DNA of 59,097 bases, counting the filler. It is 3 parts of 3 records of this genome, joined end to end, with 100 filler letters (N's around TTAATTAATTAA, not from the genome) between each part and the next. Parts side by side here need not be neighbours in the genome. Positions count along the whole stretch, not along the records: positions 42,029 to 59,097 come from DRR723986_4168; 2 more parts are not named here. One strand, 5' to 3'. The stretch's first letter is position 1. Each line of letters opens with the position of its first letter. Positions 45,969-56,129 of this stretch are shown one piece after another. Below the pieces are notes generated by a model, which had not been told where the DNA came from, searched no databases, and was given only the letters and a program-made list of their open reading frames with translations. A program made the position numbers and the translations under genes.

Positions 45969-48900
45969 TTAATGTTGTACGACCAGGTTGTGGACTTTCA
46001 CAAATGGTCCGGCTTGCATGCGCAAAGTGTAATTACCAGACCCCAGGCTTGAGATGTCGAAGCTGGAGCTATACGCTCCGGAAGGCACACGTTGGTCTAT
46101 CAGCACCTGAACGCGCTGCCCAAGCATGTCAAAGACTTCAATCTGCGTGTGCACATCAAATGCAAGCACATACGCAATCTCCAATGCATGCGATGCCGGA
46201 TTCGGCGCCGGTGCCGAGAGCCCAAAACTCAGTCCAGTGATAAACAAATCACGCGCCACGGTCAGGCACAGTGGCGAGAAACTGATTTCAGTGCCTTCAT
46301 ACTCCGGGCGGATACATGTGCTTGGAATTGAAGACTCAGCGTCATCAAAATTGATTGCCAGCGTTGGATCATCGGAGTCGGGCAGGAAAACTTCCATCTG
46401 CAGACGCAGCAATTCAGGCTCGCGCAGCGGCGTTGGGCCACTGCCCTCAAAAACAAGCTGGCCGCCATCATAACTGGCCGTAATTTGCCAATCGCCAAGA
46501 TCAGGCGAATACACAATTGAGTTTTCAACGGGACGTAACACCTTTGCGTTATAGGGCACGACCAGTCTGAACTCGCGCACTTCACCAGCCTCAAGGTCCG
46601 GACTATTAGCGTTGATCCGCAACTCAAACTGGTCCCGCGGCAACAAATGCTGCGCGTCGTTTACCTGCAAGGCAAAGGTCAGCTTTTCTGCCGGCAGCAC
46701 TTTAACGTTCAGCTGCGAAGATACCGTACAGCCGTTTTCATCTTCCACTCTTACAGTGTATCGCGTGCTTCTGTTTAACGTGGCGATCACCGTCTGACCA
46801 TCACCTCTATTCAAATGTGTGATGGGAGACCATGTGTACCGCGCGCCGGGTGCAGCGCTGCTCGCGCGCAGCGTCACCGGAACCCCACGGCAGGTTTCCA
46901 AATCCTGGCTGTGCTCTACTGTCGGGTTTGGATGAACCGTCACAACTACTCTGCCTTGACTCACACAACCTTGTGGAGTTGTGTGGGTAACGCGGTATGT
47001 AGTAGTCTGCAGCGGCTCGGCCCTGGGATTGGCTGAACTCGGGTCATCCAGTCCGTCTGCCGGTGTCCACAAGTACTCGCCGCTGCCACCGTTCGCAACT
47101 ATCTGCGTTGACTCGCCAAAACAAATGTCAACATCTGCGCTTACGTCCAGCGTCGCAGCTTCGTTAACACGCACAGTGACGACATCACTCGCCACACAGC
47201 CCGCCGGACTTGTGACGGTTAATGTGTATTCGGTGGTTTCATCCGGCTGCGCCATTGGGTTCAGAATCGTGGGATCGTCCAGGCCTGCAGCCGGAGTCCA
47301 CAAATATTCGCCGGGAGTGCTCTCGGCCTCCAGCTGAACCGCAGCTGCAAGGCAAATTGCGCGCTCCGGCCCCGCATCAACAACCGGTAAGTCATTGATT
47401 GTAATGAAGATAGAGTCACGTACCTGACAGTCATTTTCGCCAACTGCAAGCAAGTAATGCCAACCGGACTCAAGTGTTTCCACCTCGGGATTGGCAATGT
47501 CTGTACGACTATACTTTGCTCCACCGCTCCAGAGCAATCGCTGCGCGCCCGTCACATTCGCCTGCAAAAAGACTGTTTCCCCGTAACAAGCCGAGGTTTC
47601 ATCTGCCAGTTCGATTGCCAGGTCTTTACCGGACACACGCACTAGCACCGAGTCCAAAGCTTCACAGCTGCCGGCGCTAAGCCGACAGTAATACCAGGTG
47701 TCTTCTGTAGGGGCGGCACTTGGGTTATTGGTGTTCGCGTTGCTCAGGCCGGCTGCGGGACTCCACTGCAGGCTGCCGCCGTTGGATTCGGCCAGCAGGT
47801 TGACAGTTTCACCAATACAGATTATGGGACGATCGGCCGAAACGCTCACCTGCGGCTCACCTACTGATACTTTGACTTTGTCAGTGGCGGTACAGCCGTT
47901 GGCGTCTTTGATTGTAACGGAATACTCGACTTCCTGAACAGCGGAATTGCTTTGAAATTGCGGTGTTGGACTGTTTGGATCATCCAGAAAATCGGCCGGT
48001 TCCCAGCTGTATTCACCTGCTGTTCCTGTGGCCTGCAGGGTAATACTTTCGCCGGCACATACAATCTGGTCGCGCCCGGCATTTACCTGCGGTGGCACGC
48101 CATATTCCGGAATTTCGTATCGAATATCTGTGGAAAGTTTGAGTGGTTGGTAACTCAGGTTCACCCTGCGGTCAGTTGGATAGTCGCAGTCAAACGGTGC
48201 TTTCCATGTAATTGTGCAGCTCTGTGAATTCTGCTCGCGCAGGATAAAAAAGTCAAACAGTTTGCGGATCACTGAGATGTCGGAGACTTGCTCAAAGGCA
48301 ACCCCACCGGTTTCCAGGCAGACGCGTTTTAGGCGGTCGTCTATCGGAAAGTCTATAGTTATCGCATAAACGGTTACGTCCAGCTGTTTGCAGACATCGA
48401 TAATTTTATCGGCATCGGGATCATCGGTTGGCCCTCCATCGGTAATCAGCACAATAAACCGATTGCTGGCAGACGGGCCTTTGCACCCGCTTGCAATCAG
48501 TGGAAGGGCGCCCTCGCCCGGTTTGAGGAAGGCCGGCTCCATCTCTGTGCGGCCATTCTCCTGAATTTGCAGGCCCAGGATATCACTCTGCAGAATCGCT
48601 TTGTTGCTGCTGAAACGCTGCAGGACTTTGACATCGGTGCTGAAAGACAATAATGCCACGGACCAGTACACGGACTCATCGATATTTTCTATAAACTCAT
48701 TCGCGGCAAACCGAACCATGTCCAGACGTGTGCCGGCAATCGGATCGCGCAAAATCGTATTCATCGATGGGCTGTGGTCCAGGGCCAGAACGGCGCAAAA
48801 GCCATTCGGCTCACTCTCAGAAATGCAGTTAACCTGAATATCACTTACGGGAACGGGGTTTCCGGCATCCACAACGTTGAACTCGGCTGGGTCCGGATTT

Positions 48901-49133
48901 GGCAGCGGAACACCATTCTCGTCCAACAGGTTCATCGTTGCACTGATAGTCGGATAGTTGCTGATATCCACATTGGTAAGAGAAAAAGTCTGGCTTAGAA
49001 GGCTTGTATGGCCACAAAGCAGGGCGGCGATTAGAATCAGCATCTGGGTCGGCAGATGTGATTGTAGTATGCCGGTTGGAAGTTGCGGGCACAAGCTCTT
49101 GTGCCGCGCGTTACTTCGATTAAATCGAATCAT
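45969..49133 (-). CDS. Secreted VWA-domain protein with Ig/PKD-like repeats and a T9SS C-terminal sorting domain (paralogue 2)
   Basis: MIDAS DHSPS and ITDG, the same repeat architecture, and CTD PNP...VFDMLGQRV...LGSGNYTLRM. The start may be 49043. Confidence 0.87.
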   Translation of the reverse strand: MIRFNRSNARHKSLCPQLPTGILQSHLPTQMLILIAALLCGHTSLLSQTFSLTNVDISNYPTISATMNLLDENGVPLPNPDPAEFNVVDAGNPVPVSDIQVNCISESEPNGFCAVLALDHSPSMNTILRDPIAGTRLDMVRFAANEFIENIDESVYWSVALLSFSTDVKVLQRFSSNKAILQSDILGLQIQENGRTEMEPAFLKPGEGALPLIASGCKGPSASNRFIVLITDGGPTDDPDADKIIDVCKQLDVTVYAITIDFPIDDRLKRVCLETGGVAFEQVSDISVIRKLFDFFILREQNSQSCTITWKAPFDCDYPTDRRVNLSYQPLKLSTDIRYEIPEYGVPPQVNAGRDQIVCAGESITLQATGTAGEYSWEPADFLDDPNSPTPQFQSNSAVQEVEYSVTIKDANGCTATDKVKVSVGEPQVSVSADRPIICIGETVNLLAESNGGSLQWSPAAGLSNANTNNPSAAPTEDTWYYCRLSAGSCEALDSVLVRVSGKDLAIELADETSACYGETVFLQANVTGAQRLLWSGGAKYSRTDIANPEVETLESGWHYLLAVGENDCQVRDSIFITINDLPVVDAGPERAICLAAAVQLEAESTPGEYLWTPAAGLDDPTILNPMAQPDETTEYTLTVTSPAGCVASDVVTVRVNEAATLDVSADVDICFGESTQIVANGGSGEYLWTPADGLDDPSSANPRAEPLQTTTYRVTHTTPQGCVSQGRVVVTVHPNPTVEHSQDLETCRGVPVTLRASSAAPGARYTWSPITHLNRGDGQTVIATLNRSTRYTVRVEDENGCTVSSQLNVKVLPAEKLTFALQVNDAQHLLPRDQFELRINANSPDLEAGEVREFRLVVPYNAKVLRPVENSIVYSPDLGDWQITASYDGGQLVFEGSGPTPLREPELLRLQMEVFLPDSDDPTLAINFDDAESSIPSTCIRPEYEGTEISFSPLCLTVARDLFITGLSFGLSAPAPNPASHALEIAYVLAFDVHTQIEVFDMLGQRVQVLIDQRVPSGAYSSSFDISSLGSGNYTLRMQAGPFVKVHNLVVQH

Positions 49134-49289
49134 TTAAGCTCCGGAGGTAAGGGGAAAACTAGAGCTACAGTGTTCGACACCAAGACAGACCGACTGTCTC
49201 AATGCCTGCAAGCTGATAATTCAGTGCCAAACAAAATAATCAAGCAGTTAGAAGAACGCTAATAAACCAGAATAGTAACAGCAGCGCTA

Positions 49290-50078
49290 TCAGTCAGTCC
49301 GTGGTGCGTAGTGCCGTTTTAACCAAAAACTCAATCCGTCCAGCCCTGGAAACAACACGCGTTCATTGATGTTGGCCTGGTCCAGTTTATCGCGAATTTC
49401 CCACTTAAGTTCAGCCGGAATGATGATGCGTTTGCCCAGGTGTTTATGCCGCTCCATCCAGTCGTCAAGCATCGATTCCGAACTGGACATTACCGAAAAG
49501 AGCGCATACTGGTTGATGATCCTGTCATCCAGTGATGGCGGTTCAAAGAATGCGACAAATTCGGAAGGCGAAAGATTCTGAAAGGCCTGCAGGCTACCCG
49601 CGCCGCGTTCCAACATTTCTACGGTAAACACATTACTGCCCTCTTCCTCCAGCATGCTCCGCAGTGAAGGAGGCAGCGCTTCGCGCAGGCGCACATAATC
49701 AATACACCAGACCACGCCGTCCACACCAAAGTGTTCTACGGCAGCCGTCACAAAATGCAGGGCGATAAAGGGAGAAAAGGTCCAGTCCAGTAGGCGCGTC
49801 GGCAAACCGTGGTGTTGCGCCAGTGACAGCCATTCCCACAAGGAGTCACGAGTTTCGGCATTGCGATGTGCGTACTTGCGGAAGTTGCGCAGCAAGTGAG
49901 ATTCAAGTTGATGATAATTTCCACCCAGGCGCGAGAGGCTGGTTTTAAGCCGGTAGTCAGCATGCGAAAGACCGCGAAACGCAAAATTGGACCGGAAGCG
50001 TCCCAGGTGGGCCACCCACGAATCCTCAAAGAGCTTTTCGTTCAGCTCTTCCCACGACTCAACACGAATTTCCCGCAT
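49290..50078 (-). CDS. FRG domain-containing protein
   Basis: FRG, AQHHGLPTRLLDWT..P.IALHF, RIINQ and LFPGLDG motifs. Confidence 0.92.
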   Translation of the reverse strand: MREIRVESWEELNEKLFEDSWVAHLGRFRSNFAFRGLSHADYRLKTSLSRLGGNYHQLESHLLRNFRKYAHRNAETRDSLWEWLSLAQHHGLPTRLLDWTFSPFIALHFVTAAVEHFGVDGVVWCIDYVRLREALPPSLRSMLEEEGSNVFTVEMLERGAGSLQAFQNLSPSEFVAFFEPPSLDDRIINQYALFSVMSSSESMLDDWMERHKHLGKRIIIPAELKWEIRDKLDQANINERVLFPGLDGLSFWLKRHYAPRTD

Positions 50079-50163
50079 GGCGCTTTAATCCGCTTCACTG
50101 TTCTGGTTGCAAAAGCGAATCCGGGGCGCATATTGAAGGTGGCACCGTCAGGCGTGCCACGAC

Positions 50164-51135
50164 TCAATCATCCCCATCTTCGTTGTAGTCTTCATCATCT
50201 TCTGGGTTATGCGCCAGGCGTGGCCCATCCGGTGTGTCGGTCACAGCCGGTTCCCATGAACCTTTACCCAGGAAACGCGCTACCAAAGTACCCAGTGTAG
50301 TTTTCAGGTGACGCTGCACCGCACCGGCTCCGGCGTCGTTGAATTCAGCTTCCAGTACAAAGTCTTCAAATGCCTTTTGGCTGCCGGCCTGTTTGCGTGC
50401 GTTTTTGAGCACAACATCGGCCAGGCTGGCGGCGAGCAGGCCGGTTTCGTCCGGATGAAAGAAACACTCTCCGGTCCAGAACATCTGGATGTTTTCTGCA
50501 TCCCAAAGCGCAAAGTGGCCGTCCTTGATTTCACGTGTAAGTTCAATTGGAGCTTCACGTGTGGCTTCGTATTCAATCCACAGGCTCAGGCCTTCGCCCA
50601 GCCATTGCGGCAGCGCAGCCAGGTCCTGCATCAGCCACAGGGCTATTTCCTGTGAGTACAGGCCGTGGAATTCGTCAAAGTTATCCGCCAGATAAACATA
50701 GTGGCCATATCCGTCGGGAACTGATATGCCGGGCGCACCTTCAACTTCATTGAGGGGCACGTAGTGTTCAATGTAGCGTTTGTACAAACGCTCGTTGTGC
50801 AACAGAAGCAAAACCTGTGGCGCCCGGCCTGTAGAAGCAATCCGACCGAGTTTTTGCTCTGCAAGGCTAAGCGTCGCCTCAGCAAATCGTTCTATCGACT
50901 TCATGAAGGCGTCATCCTGATTCGTCACAATCAGGAAATTTGGCGTAGAAATCAGGCGATATTTACCGCCCAGATCGCGACTTAAGCGGGTTAACCACTC
51001 TTCGGCAAACTCACGCCGCGCAGCGGCATAGTCAGCGTCATTAACATTTTTGAAAACAGATTCTTCGACCAATTCCCAATCGGGGTGGGAAATCAGCCCC
51101 ATTTTTGTAAACAAGGCATCAAAATCACTTGACAT
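50164..51135 (-). CDS. Hypothetical protein with a degenerate gluzincin/peptidase-MA-like region
   Basis: LPQWLGEGLS motif, preceded by QEIAL where HExxH would be expected; acidic tail. Confidence 0.65.
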   Translation of the reverse strand: MSSDFDALFTKMGLISHPDWELVEESVFKNVNDADYAAARREFAEEWLTRLSRDLGGKYRLISTPNFLIVTNQDDAFMKSIERFAEATLSLAEQKLGRIASTGRAPQVLLLLHNERLYKRYIEHYVPLNEVEGAPGISVPDGYGHYVYLADNFDEFHGLYSQEIALWLMQDLAALPQWLGEGLSLWIEYEATREAPIELTREIKDGHFALWDAENIQMFWTGECFFHPDETGLLAASLADVVLKNARKQAGSQKAFEDFVLEAEFNDAGAGAVQRHLKTTLGTLVARFLGKGSWEPAVTDTPDGPRLAHNPEDDEDYNEDGDD

Positions 51136-51321
51136 CAATTTTCCAATTTCTAATGTGTGCCAGAACAAGGCCGCAAGATACATTTATTCGGCGTGAGTGA
51201 CTGCATTTAGTTTGTCCGTCTCCGGCTGAAACGAGGTGCCTGCATGATCAAAGCGACGAATCTGACGTCAGAAATCTCGAAGCAATGAAGTCATTCAGCT
51301 CCAGCGCATTGCACAGCCGGG

Positions 51322-52773
51322 TTAACCCGCTACCGGCTGCATATTTGCGCGCCCACGCCACGCTCCAATCGCACAAATCACACCGCTAATCAAAACTATG
51401 CCTACAATCGGCGAAGAGCCGACATGCCAGGCCGCCGGCAGCAAGTCCAGCGCATAAGCCACAACAATTGATTCTCCAGCAACGATGGAGGCAATGCAGT
51501 AACCCGGCTTTGTACGTGGTGCATATAAAGCTACGAGCGCCGTCGGAAACAGCACTGCCAGCCCACTGAAGGCCTGGGTCACTATGTCAAAAAATCCAGC
51601 CGGCGGCTTGTAGGCGATCAACAGCCCCAGCCCCGCCAGAATCAGAACCAGGACGCGCCCGATTTTGACTTGCGACTGCATCGAAGCCTGCGGACGAATG
51701 CGCTTAATGTAGACGTCGCGCGTCAGCATCGTACTCATTGCCAGCAATTGTGAATCCATCGTTGACATAAAGGCTGCCAGCGCGCCCACCATAATCAATG
51801 CGCTCAGCCAGTCAGAGGAATATTCTGTGACCATCATCGGCAGAATTTTATCGGCTTCCTTGCCGAGCAAATCCGGAAAGACTTCGCCGCCCCAGACGCC
51901 AATCATTACTGGCATCAGAAATAGGATGGCGGTCACAAGCGGATATGCCAGCGCGGCCAGGTGCATGCTGCGCGCCGAACGCATCGTAAAAAAGCGCATA
52001 AACATATGCGGGAACATCGGCACGGCAAGCGGCCAGAGCAGCATCAGTGCCAGCCAGCGGTCCAGTCCCAGAGAGCCGTCAGCCCCAAAAACTTCGAACA
52101 TTTCAGGACGTTGTTCAAAGACCGCCTGATTGGCAGCCTCAAGTCCTCCAAAACCAGCGGCAATCACAAAGACGGCGGCAGTCATCAATACAAACATCAG
52201 TGCGCCTTGCAGCACGTCGGTCCAGGCGACACTGCGCATTCCACCCACGTAAACGTACAGAACAATAACGAATGTGAGCCCCGCGGCACCAAAGAAGTAT
52301 GGAATACCGGTTAAACGCTCCAGTAATACACCTGCGCCAATCGGCTGCAGCGCCAGATACGGCAGTGTAAACGTGAGCATGACGATCAGGACTGTATAAC
52401 GCAGTGCCGGACTGTTCAGGCGCTGCCCGATTAACTCCGCTGGTGAAATCGCTCCAGTGCTGCGCGCCAGGCGCCAGGCCTTGTCCCCCACCAGAAACAG
52501 TGTGACTGCAACCAGTGCCGTTCCAAAACTCATTACGCCGTAAAAGGCGTACCCAACGTGATATGCTTTACCGGCAAAACCCAGGAAAAAAAACGCGCTG
52601 AAGTTGGTGGCTATCAGCGTAAAAAACATGACGAGCGGGCCGATGGAACGCCCCGCCAGAAAATATTCGTCAGCCGCAGTGCTGCCGGATTTGTCAGTCC
52701 CGCGCAGCCCAAGAACCAGAGTCAGCAGCAAATACATTCCCAGAACAAGGCCGATGATGAGAGGCAGGCTCAT
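51322..52773 (-). CDS. Sodium:solute symporter (SSS) family protein
   Basis: YFLAGR, AT.FSA, GGMRSVAWTDVLQG and AAFMSTMDSQLL motifs; about 13 TM segments. Confidence 0.93.
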   Translation of the reverse strand: MSLPLIIGLVLGMYLLLTLVLGLRGTDKSGSTAADEYFLAGRSIGPLVMFFTLIATNFSAFFFLGFAGKAYHVGYAFYGVMSFGTALVAVTLFLVGDKAWRLARSTGAISPAELIGQRLNSPALRYTVLIVMLTFTLPYLALQPIGAGVLLERLTGIPYFFGAAGLTFVIVLYVYVGGMRSVAWTDVLQGALMFVLMTAAVFVIAAGFGGLEAANQAVFEQRPEMFEVFGADGSLGLDRWLALMLLWPLAVPMFPHMFMRFFTMRSARSMHLAALAYPLVTAILFLMPVMIGVWGGEVFPDLLGKEADKILPMMVTEYSSDWLSALIMVGALAAFMSTMDSQLLAMSTMLTRDVYIKRIRPQASMQSQVKIGRVLVLILAGLGLLIAYKPPAGFFDIVTQAFSGLAVLFPTALVALYAPRTKPGYCIASIVAGESIVVAYALDLLPAAWHVGSSPIVGIVLISGVICAIGAWRGRANMQPVAG

Positions 52774-53117
52774 CCGCGCGGCTCCTCAGTTGCCTGTCCT
52801 GACTGCGAACTTTCCCCCGAACCATTCTGTGAACCATTCTGTGAACCATTCTGTGGACCATTCGATGCGCCGGACAGGTCAGCATCCATGCGCGACCAGT
52901 ACTTTTGAATAAACATCCAGACGGCCGCAGCAAACACGATTTGCAGGATCAATAGTGCTGTCAGCCAATCCGGAAGTCCCAGGACACCCGGATCAGCGGC
53001 AAACAAAAATGGTGTTAAAAGCGCAAGCCCGCAGAAAGCCAGTAGAATCAGAGCCCAACGGCCAAGTCCCCCATCCGGCAGTTGTGATGCCGATGAGGGT
53101 AATTGAGATTTTGTCAT
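52770..53117 (-). CDS. Small two-TM SSS-partner protein (DUF3311-like)
   Basis: TM, P.VLGLP.W, TM pattern. ATGA overlap with the SSS gene. Confidence 0.65.
   Translation of the reverse strand: MTKSQLPSSASQLPDGGLGRWALILLAFCGLALLTPFLFAADPGVLGLPDWLTALLILQIVFAAAVWMFIQKYWSRMDADLSGASNGPQNGSQNGSQNGSGESSQSGQATEEPRG
52819..52863. repeat. 12-bp tandem repeat (GAACCATTCTGT) x3 plus a partial copy
   Basis: Seen directly; encodes NGPQ-NGSQ-NGSQ-NGS in the small protein tail. Confidence 0.9.
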
Positions 53118-53151
53118 AAATCCTGCAGCGAAAAGTATTGCATCCGCTGGG

Positions 53152-55866
53152 TCAGTGCCCAACGACAAAACGTTCAGACTGGATGCCTCCAGCTGTACGC
53201 AATCGCAGAAAATACACACCTGCGGGCAGACTGTCTACCTGGAACTGCGCTTCAAATGCATAAACTTGACCGCGTGACGGACGATTTTCCCATGTTTCGC
53301 GTTCCACAAGTTCACCCCAAACCGAGACTACTTCAAGTGTGTGTGTACCGGCTACGCTGGATTGAATTTCAACAAAGACCTCGTCAGCCGTTGGATTTGG
53401 CGCTACGTTAACGATGCCAAAGGCAGCCGAAGCAAGCTCAATCGCCGTACCGTCACATTGCTCAGACTGTGTGTAAAGCCCGTCAGTGAAGTTCACGGCA
53501 ATACAGGATTCGGCATCGAGGTTTTGCAGCGAAAGACTTATTGCAGTCTCAATTTCCGGGAAGTTGTGAATCGTGTTCGCGCGTACAATTGCCAGCTGAT
53601 TCTCGCCCGACGTCAGCGTCAAATTGTTAAATGTCAGGTCCGCCAGAGTATTTGAACCGTTAACCGCACTGACAAAAACATCAGCAAGATCGGCGCTTAA
53701 GAATTCGAGTAGGCGCGCATCCGCTTCAACACGAATGGTCAGCGAAGGAATCTGAATAGTTGTGTTTGGCTGTGCCACTGTCACGCTGATTGGAATTTCA
53801 ATCTCAGCACCGCTGCCGGAATTCAGATTGTCCGGAGCCGAAACGCTCAAGGCATTGCCGTCCAAAACTGTTAAAGTCAGAACTTCGGTGTCATCGCCAT
53901 TATCATTGCTGGCTGTCAGTGTAATCGTAAAAACGCCGGCTTCGTTAAAACAAACGTCGCCGGGATCACGCTCGGTGCTGCCTGCCGGATCGCCGGAGCT
54001 AAAACTCCACTGATAACTGTCGGCACCCACACTTGTATTTGTGAAAGTGATACACTCACCGGCACAAATTTGTGTACGCTCGGTTGTAAAACCGGCTACA
54101 ACTGTTGGGCAGTCTGTGACTTCGATCAAGCGCGTAGCTACATTATTACCCACGTCGTTGCGCGCGCGCAGCTGTATGGTGTACGTGCCGGCTTCATCAT
54201 AACAAACATTCGGCGGGTTCTCATCCGTTGAATTTGTAATGTTGGAGGCGCCGGTAAAATCCCATTCGTACGATGTGGCACCAATCGAAGTATTGCTGAT
54301 GTTGATGCACTCGCCAATACAAATAGAGGTGCGGTCCAGATCAAAGCGCGCATTCGGCTCAGCGCAGTCACCGCGCACAACAATGGTTGTTTCACTGAAG
54401 ATTTCACCATTATCATTGGCAACGCACTGGCGCACGACGTAGCTTCCGGGTTGATCAAAACAGATTCCACTGGGCGATGCGTCAGTTGATGTTGCCGGGT
54501 TGCCGCCTTCAAATGTCCAAAAGTATGTAGTGACGTCATCCGAGGATTCATCCGTGAAGTCAATGCACTCCCCCGGACAGAAATTGTTGTCACTCACGCT
54601 AAACTGTGAACGCTCCGGCAGCGGGCAGTTTTCAGCGGCAATATTTGACGCGCCAACAAAGGAGTTAACAAATACGGGCAAGGCATAACTAGTTGAGTTT
54701 GAGGCGGCAAGCTGGATGGATTCGGCCTCACCGGGAAGTACAACCTGAACATCAAAGGCAACCGCATTCGGGTTTTCGATGTAACCCACTGAAAATGATT
54801 CAATGGCGCCGACAAGCATGATTCGTCCGTCCGGAGCCAACTGCATTAGTCCCAGGCCGGAAGTGGAAGCTCTGCCATCGGAAACGATAGCGCGAGAATC
54901 CCGGATTGCTTCCATTGTGCCGGACGCCAGATCAAACTGATAGATTCCGGCGCGCGAACTCGCATCTTCGCGCATGCAAACGTAGAGTTTGCTGTTGTCT
55001 GCCGAAAATGCCATACCAGTGGAACCAAAACCAGCATTGAGTACGATTCCATCGCTGATTTCACCGGTGCGGTTGTCAAATCGGTACAACTCAACAAACG
55101 CTCCGGGCCAGTCACCGCGATCGGCAAGAAATGGGGCCGAAACCAACCATCTGCCGTCATGCGAAAACTTTAGATTGCCCACCAGAGAAGTCATCGGATT
55201 CAGGCCTTGCGACACAACTTTATTGCCCTCAACTCCTTTAGGACTAACCAGATGCACGTTGATATCTCTGGTTATGGCTTCCGGGCGGCTGTATGCACGC
55301 GACACAACCCAGTAATCCCTGGCATTACAATGCTGAACCGCATTTATCTGTTCGGTGGCCGTCTGCGTAAATTTATTGCGCTTCTCCAATACACGGCCGG
55401 CACCGCCATTGGCAGCGACGTCTACAATTGAGTATTGGATTCCATTACCCTGTCCGCTCGGATCCCGGGTTGCAACAACTTCACCACAATCTGAAGTGAA
55501 AATGTAATAACGGTCAGGATTCTCCGGCATCGGCACAATTACGGCTCCCTGCATGGCGCTGCCAAAACAGGGCCAGCCCGTAATCTGGTCGCCATTTTCC
55601 ATTAATTCGCCGGCGCCGTTAAAGACGTCCGCACCATTGGTGTAGATCAGCAATTCACCTGTGACAGGATCACAGATAGTAGCTGAACCTTCGGCTACGG
55701 GAATTGGGATACTGTTGATTGCGGCAACTGGATTCTGATTAAAATCCAGTCCGGCATTGTTGCTGAAATACCAAACGTTGGCGCGGTTTTGGGCTTCAAG
55801 TGGAGCCGCCGTAAATCCAAATAGTACAACCAGTACAATCATCAACGCGGGAATGACGCGCTTCAT
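53152..55866 (-). CDS. Secreted beta-propeller + PKD-repeat protein with a T9SS C-terminal domain
   Basis: Signal peptide MKRVIPALM..., NVWYF..NAGLDF propeller start, three PKD units (W.F.G...S....P..C....G.Y), and CTD PNP...LPAGVYFLRL. Confidence 0.87.
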   Translation of the reverse strand: MKRVIPALMIVLVVLFGFTAAPLEAQNRANVWYFSNNAGLDFNQNPVAAINSIPIPVAEGSATICDPVTGELLIYTNGADVFNGAGELMENGDQITGWPCFGSAMQGAVIVPMPENPDRYYIFTSDCGEVVATRDPSGQGNGIQYSIVDVAANGGAGRVLEKRNKFTQTATEQINAVQHCNARDYWVVSRAYSRPEAITRDINVHLVSPKGVEGNKVVSQGLNPMTSLVGNLKFSHDGRWLVSAPFLADRGDWPGAFVELYRFDNRTGEISDGIVLNAGFGSTGMAFSADNSKLYVCMREDASSRAGIYQFDLASGTMEAIRDSRAIVSDGRASTSGLGLMQLAPDGRIMLVGAIESFSVGYIENPNAVAFDVQVVLPGEAESIQLAASNSTSYALPVFVNSFVGASNIAAENCPLPERSQFSVSDNNFCPGECIDFTDESSDDVTTYFWTFEGGNPATSTDASPSGICFDQPGSYVVRQCVANDNGEIFSETTIVVRGDCAEPNARFDLDRTSICIGECINISNTSIGATSYEWDFTGASNITNSTDENPPNVCYDEAGTYTIQLRARNDVGNNVATRLIEVTDCPTVVAGFTTERTQICAGECITFTNTSVGADSYQWSFSSGDPAGSTERDPGDVCFNEAGVFTITLTASNDNGDDTEVLTLTVLDGNALSVSAPDNLNSGSGAEIEIPISVTVAQPNTTIQIPSLTIRVEADARLLEFLSADLADVFVSAVNGSNTLADLTFNNLTLTSGENQLAIVRANTIHNFPEIETAISLSLQNLDAESCIAVNFTDGLYTQSEQCDGTAIELASAAFGIVNVAPNPTADEVFVEIQSSVAGTHTLEVVSVWGELVERETWENRPSRGQVYAFEAQFQVDSLPAGVYFLRLRTAGGIQSERFVVGH

Positions 55867-56129
55867 AGTGAATCCTTTGTCTGCTCGGAGGAAGTCTGTC
55901 GGTATGATTGTTGTTCGCATTCCGCCGGAAAACCGCGGCGCGAAAATTTCGTTACACAATGCACCTGACACTGCTGAAATGTAGGCATCTGTGAAGCTGC
56001 GATAATACAATTTTTCGCGCAGGCATAAAATGCATTTCGCGCAATCTTTGTCCTTAAACTCATTTGTTTCAAACAAATGCGCAGTACAGGCGCGCCCGCC
56101 CGCCAAAATACTTCGGTATTTGCAGTGCT

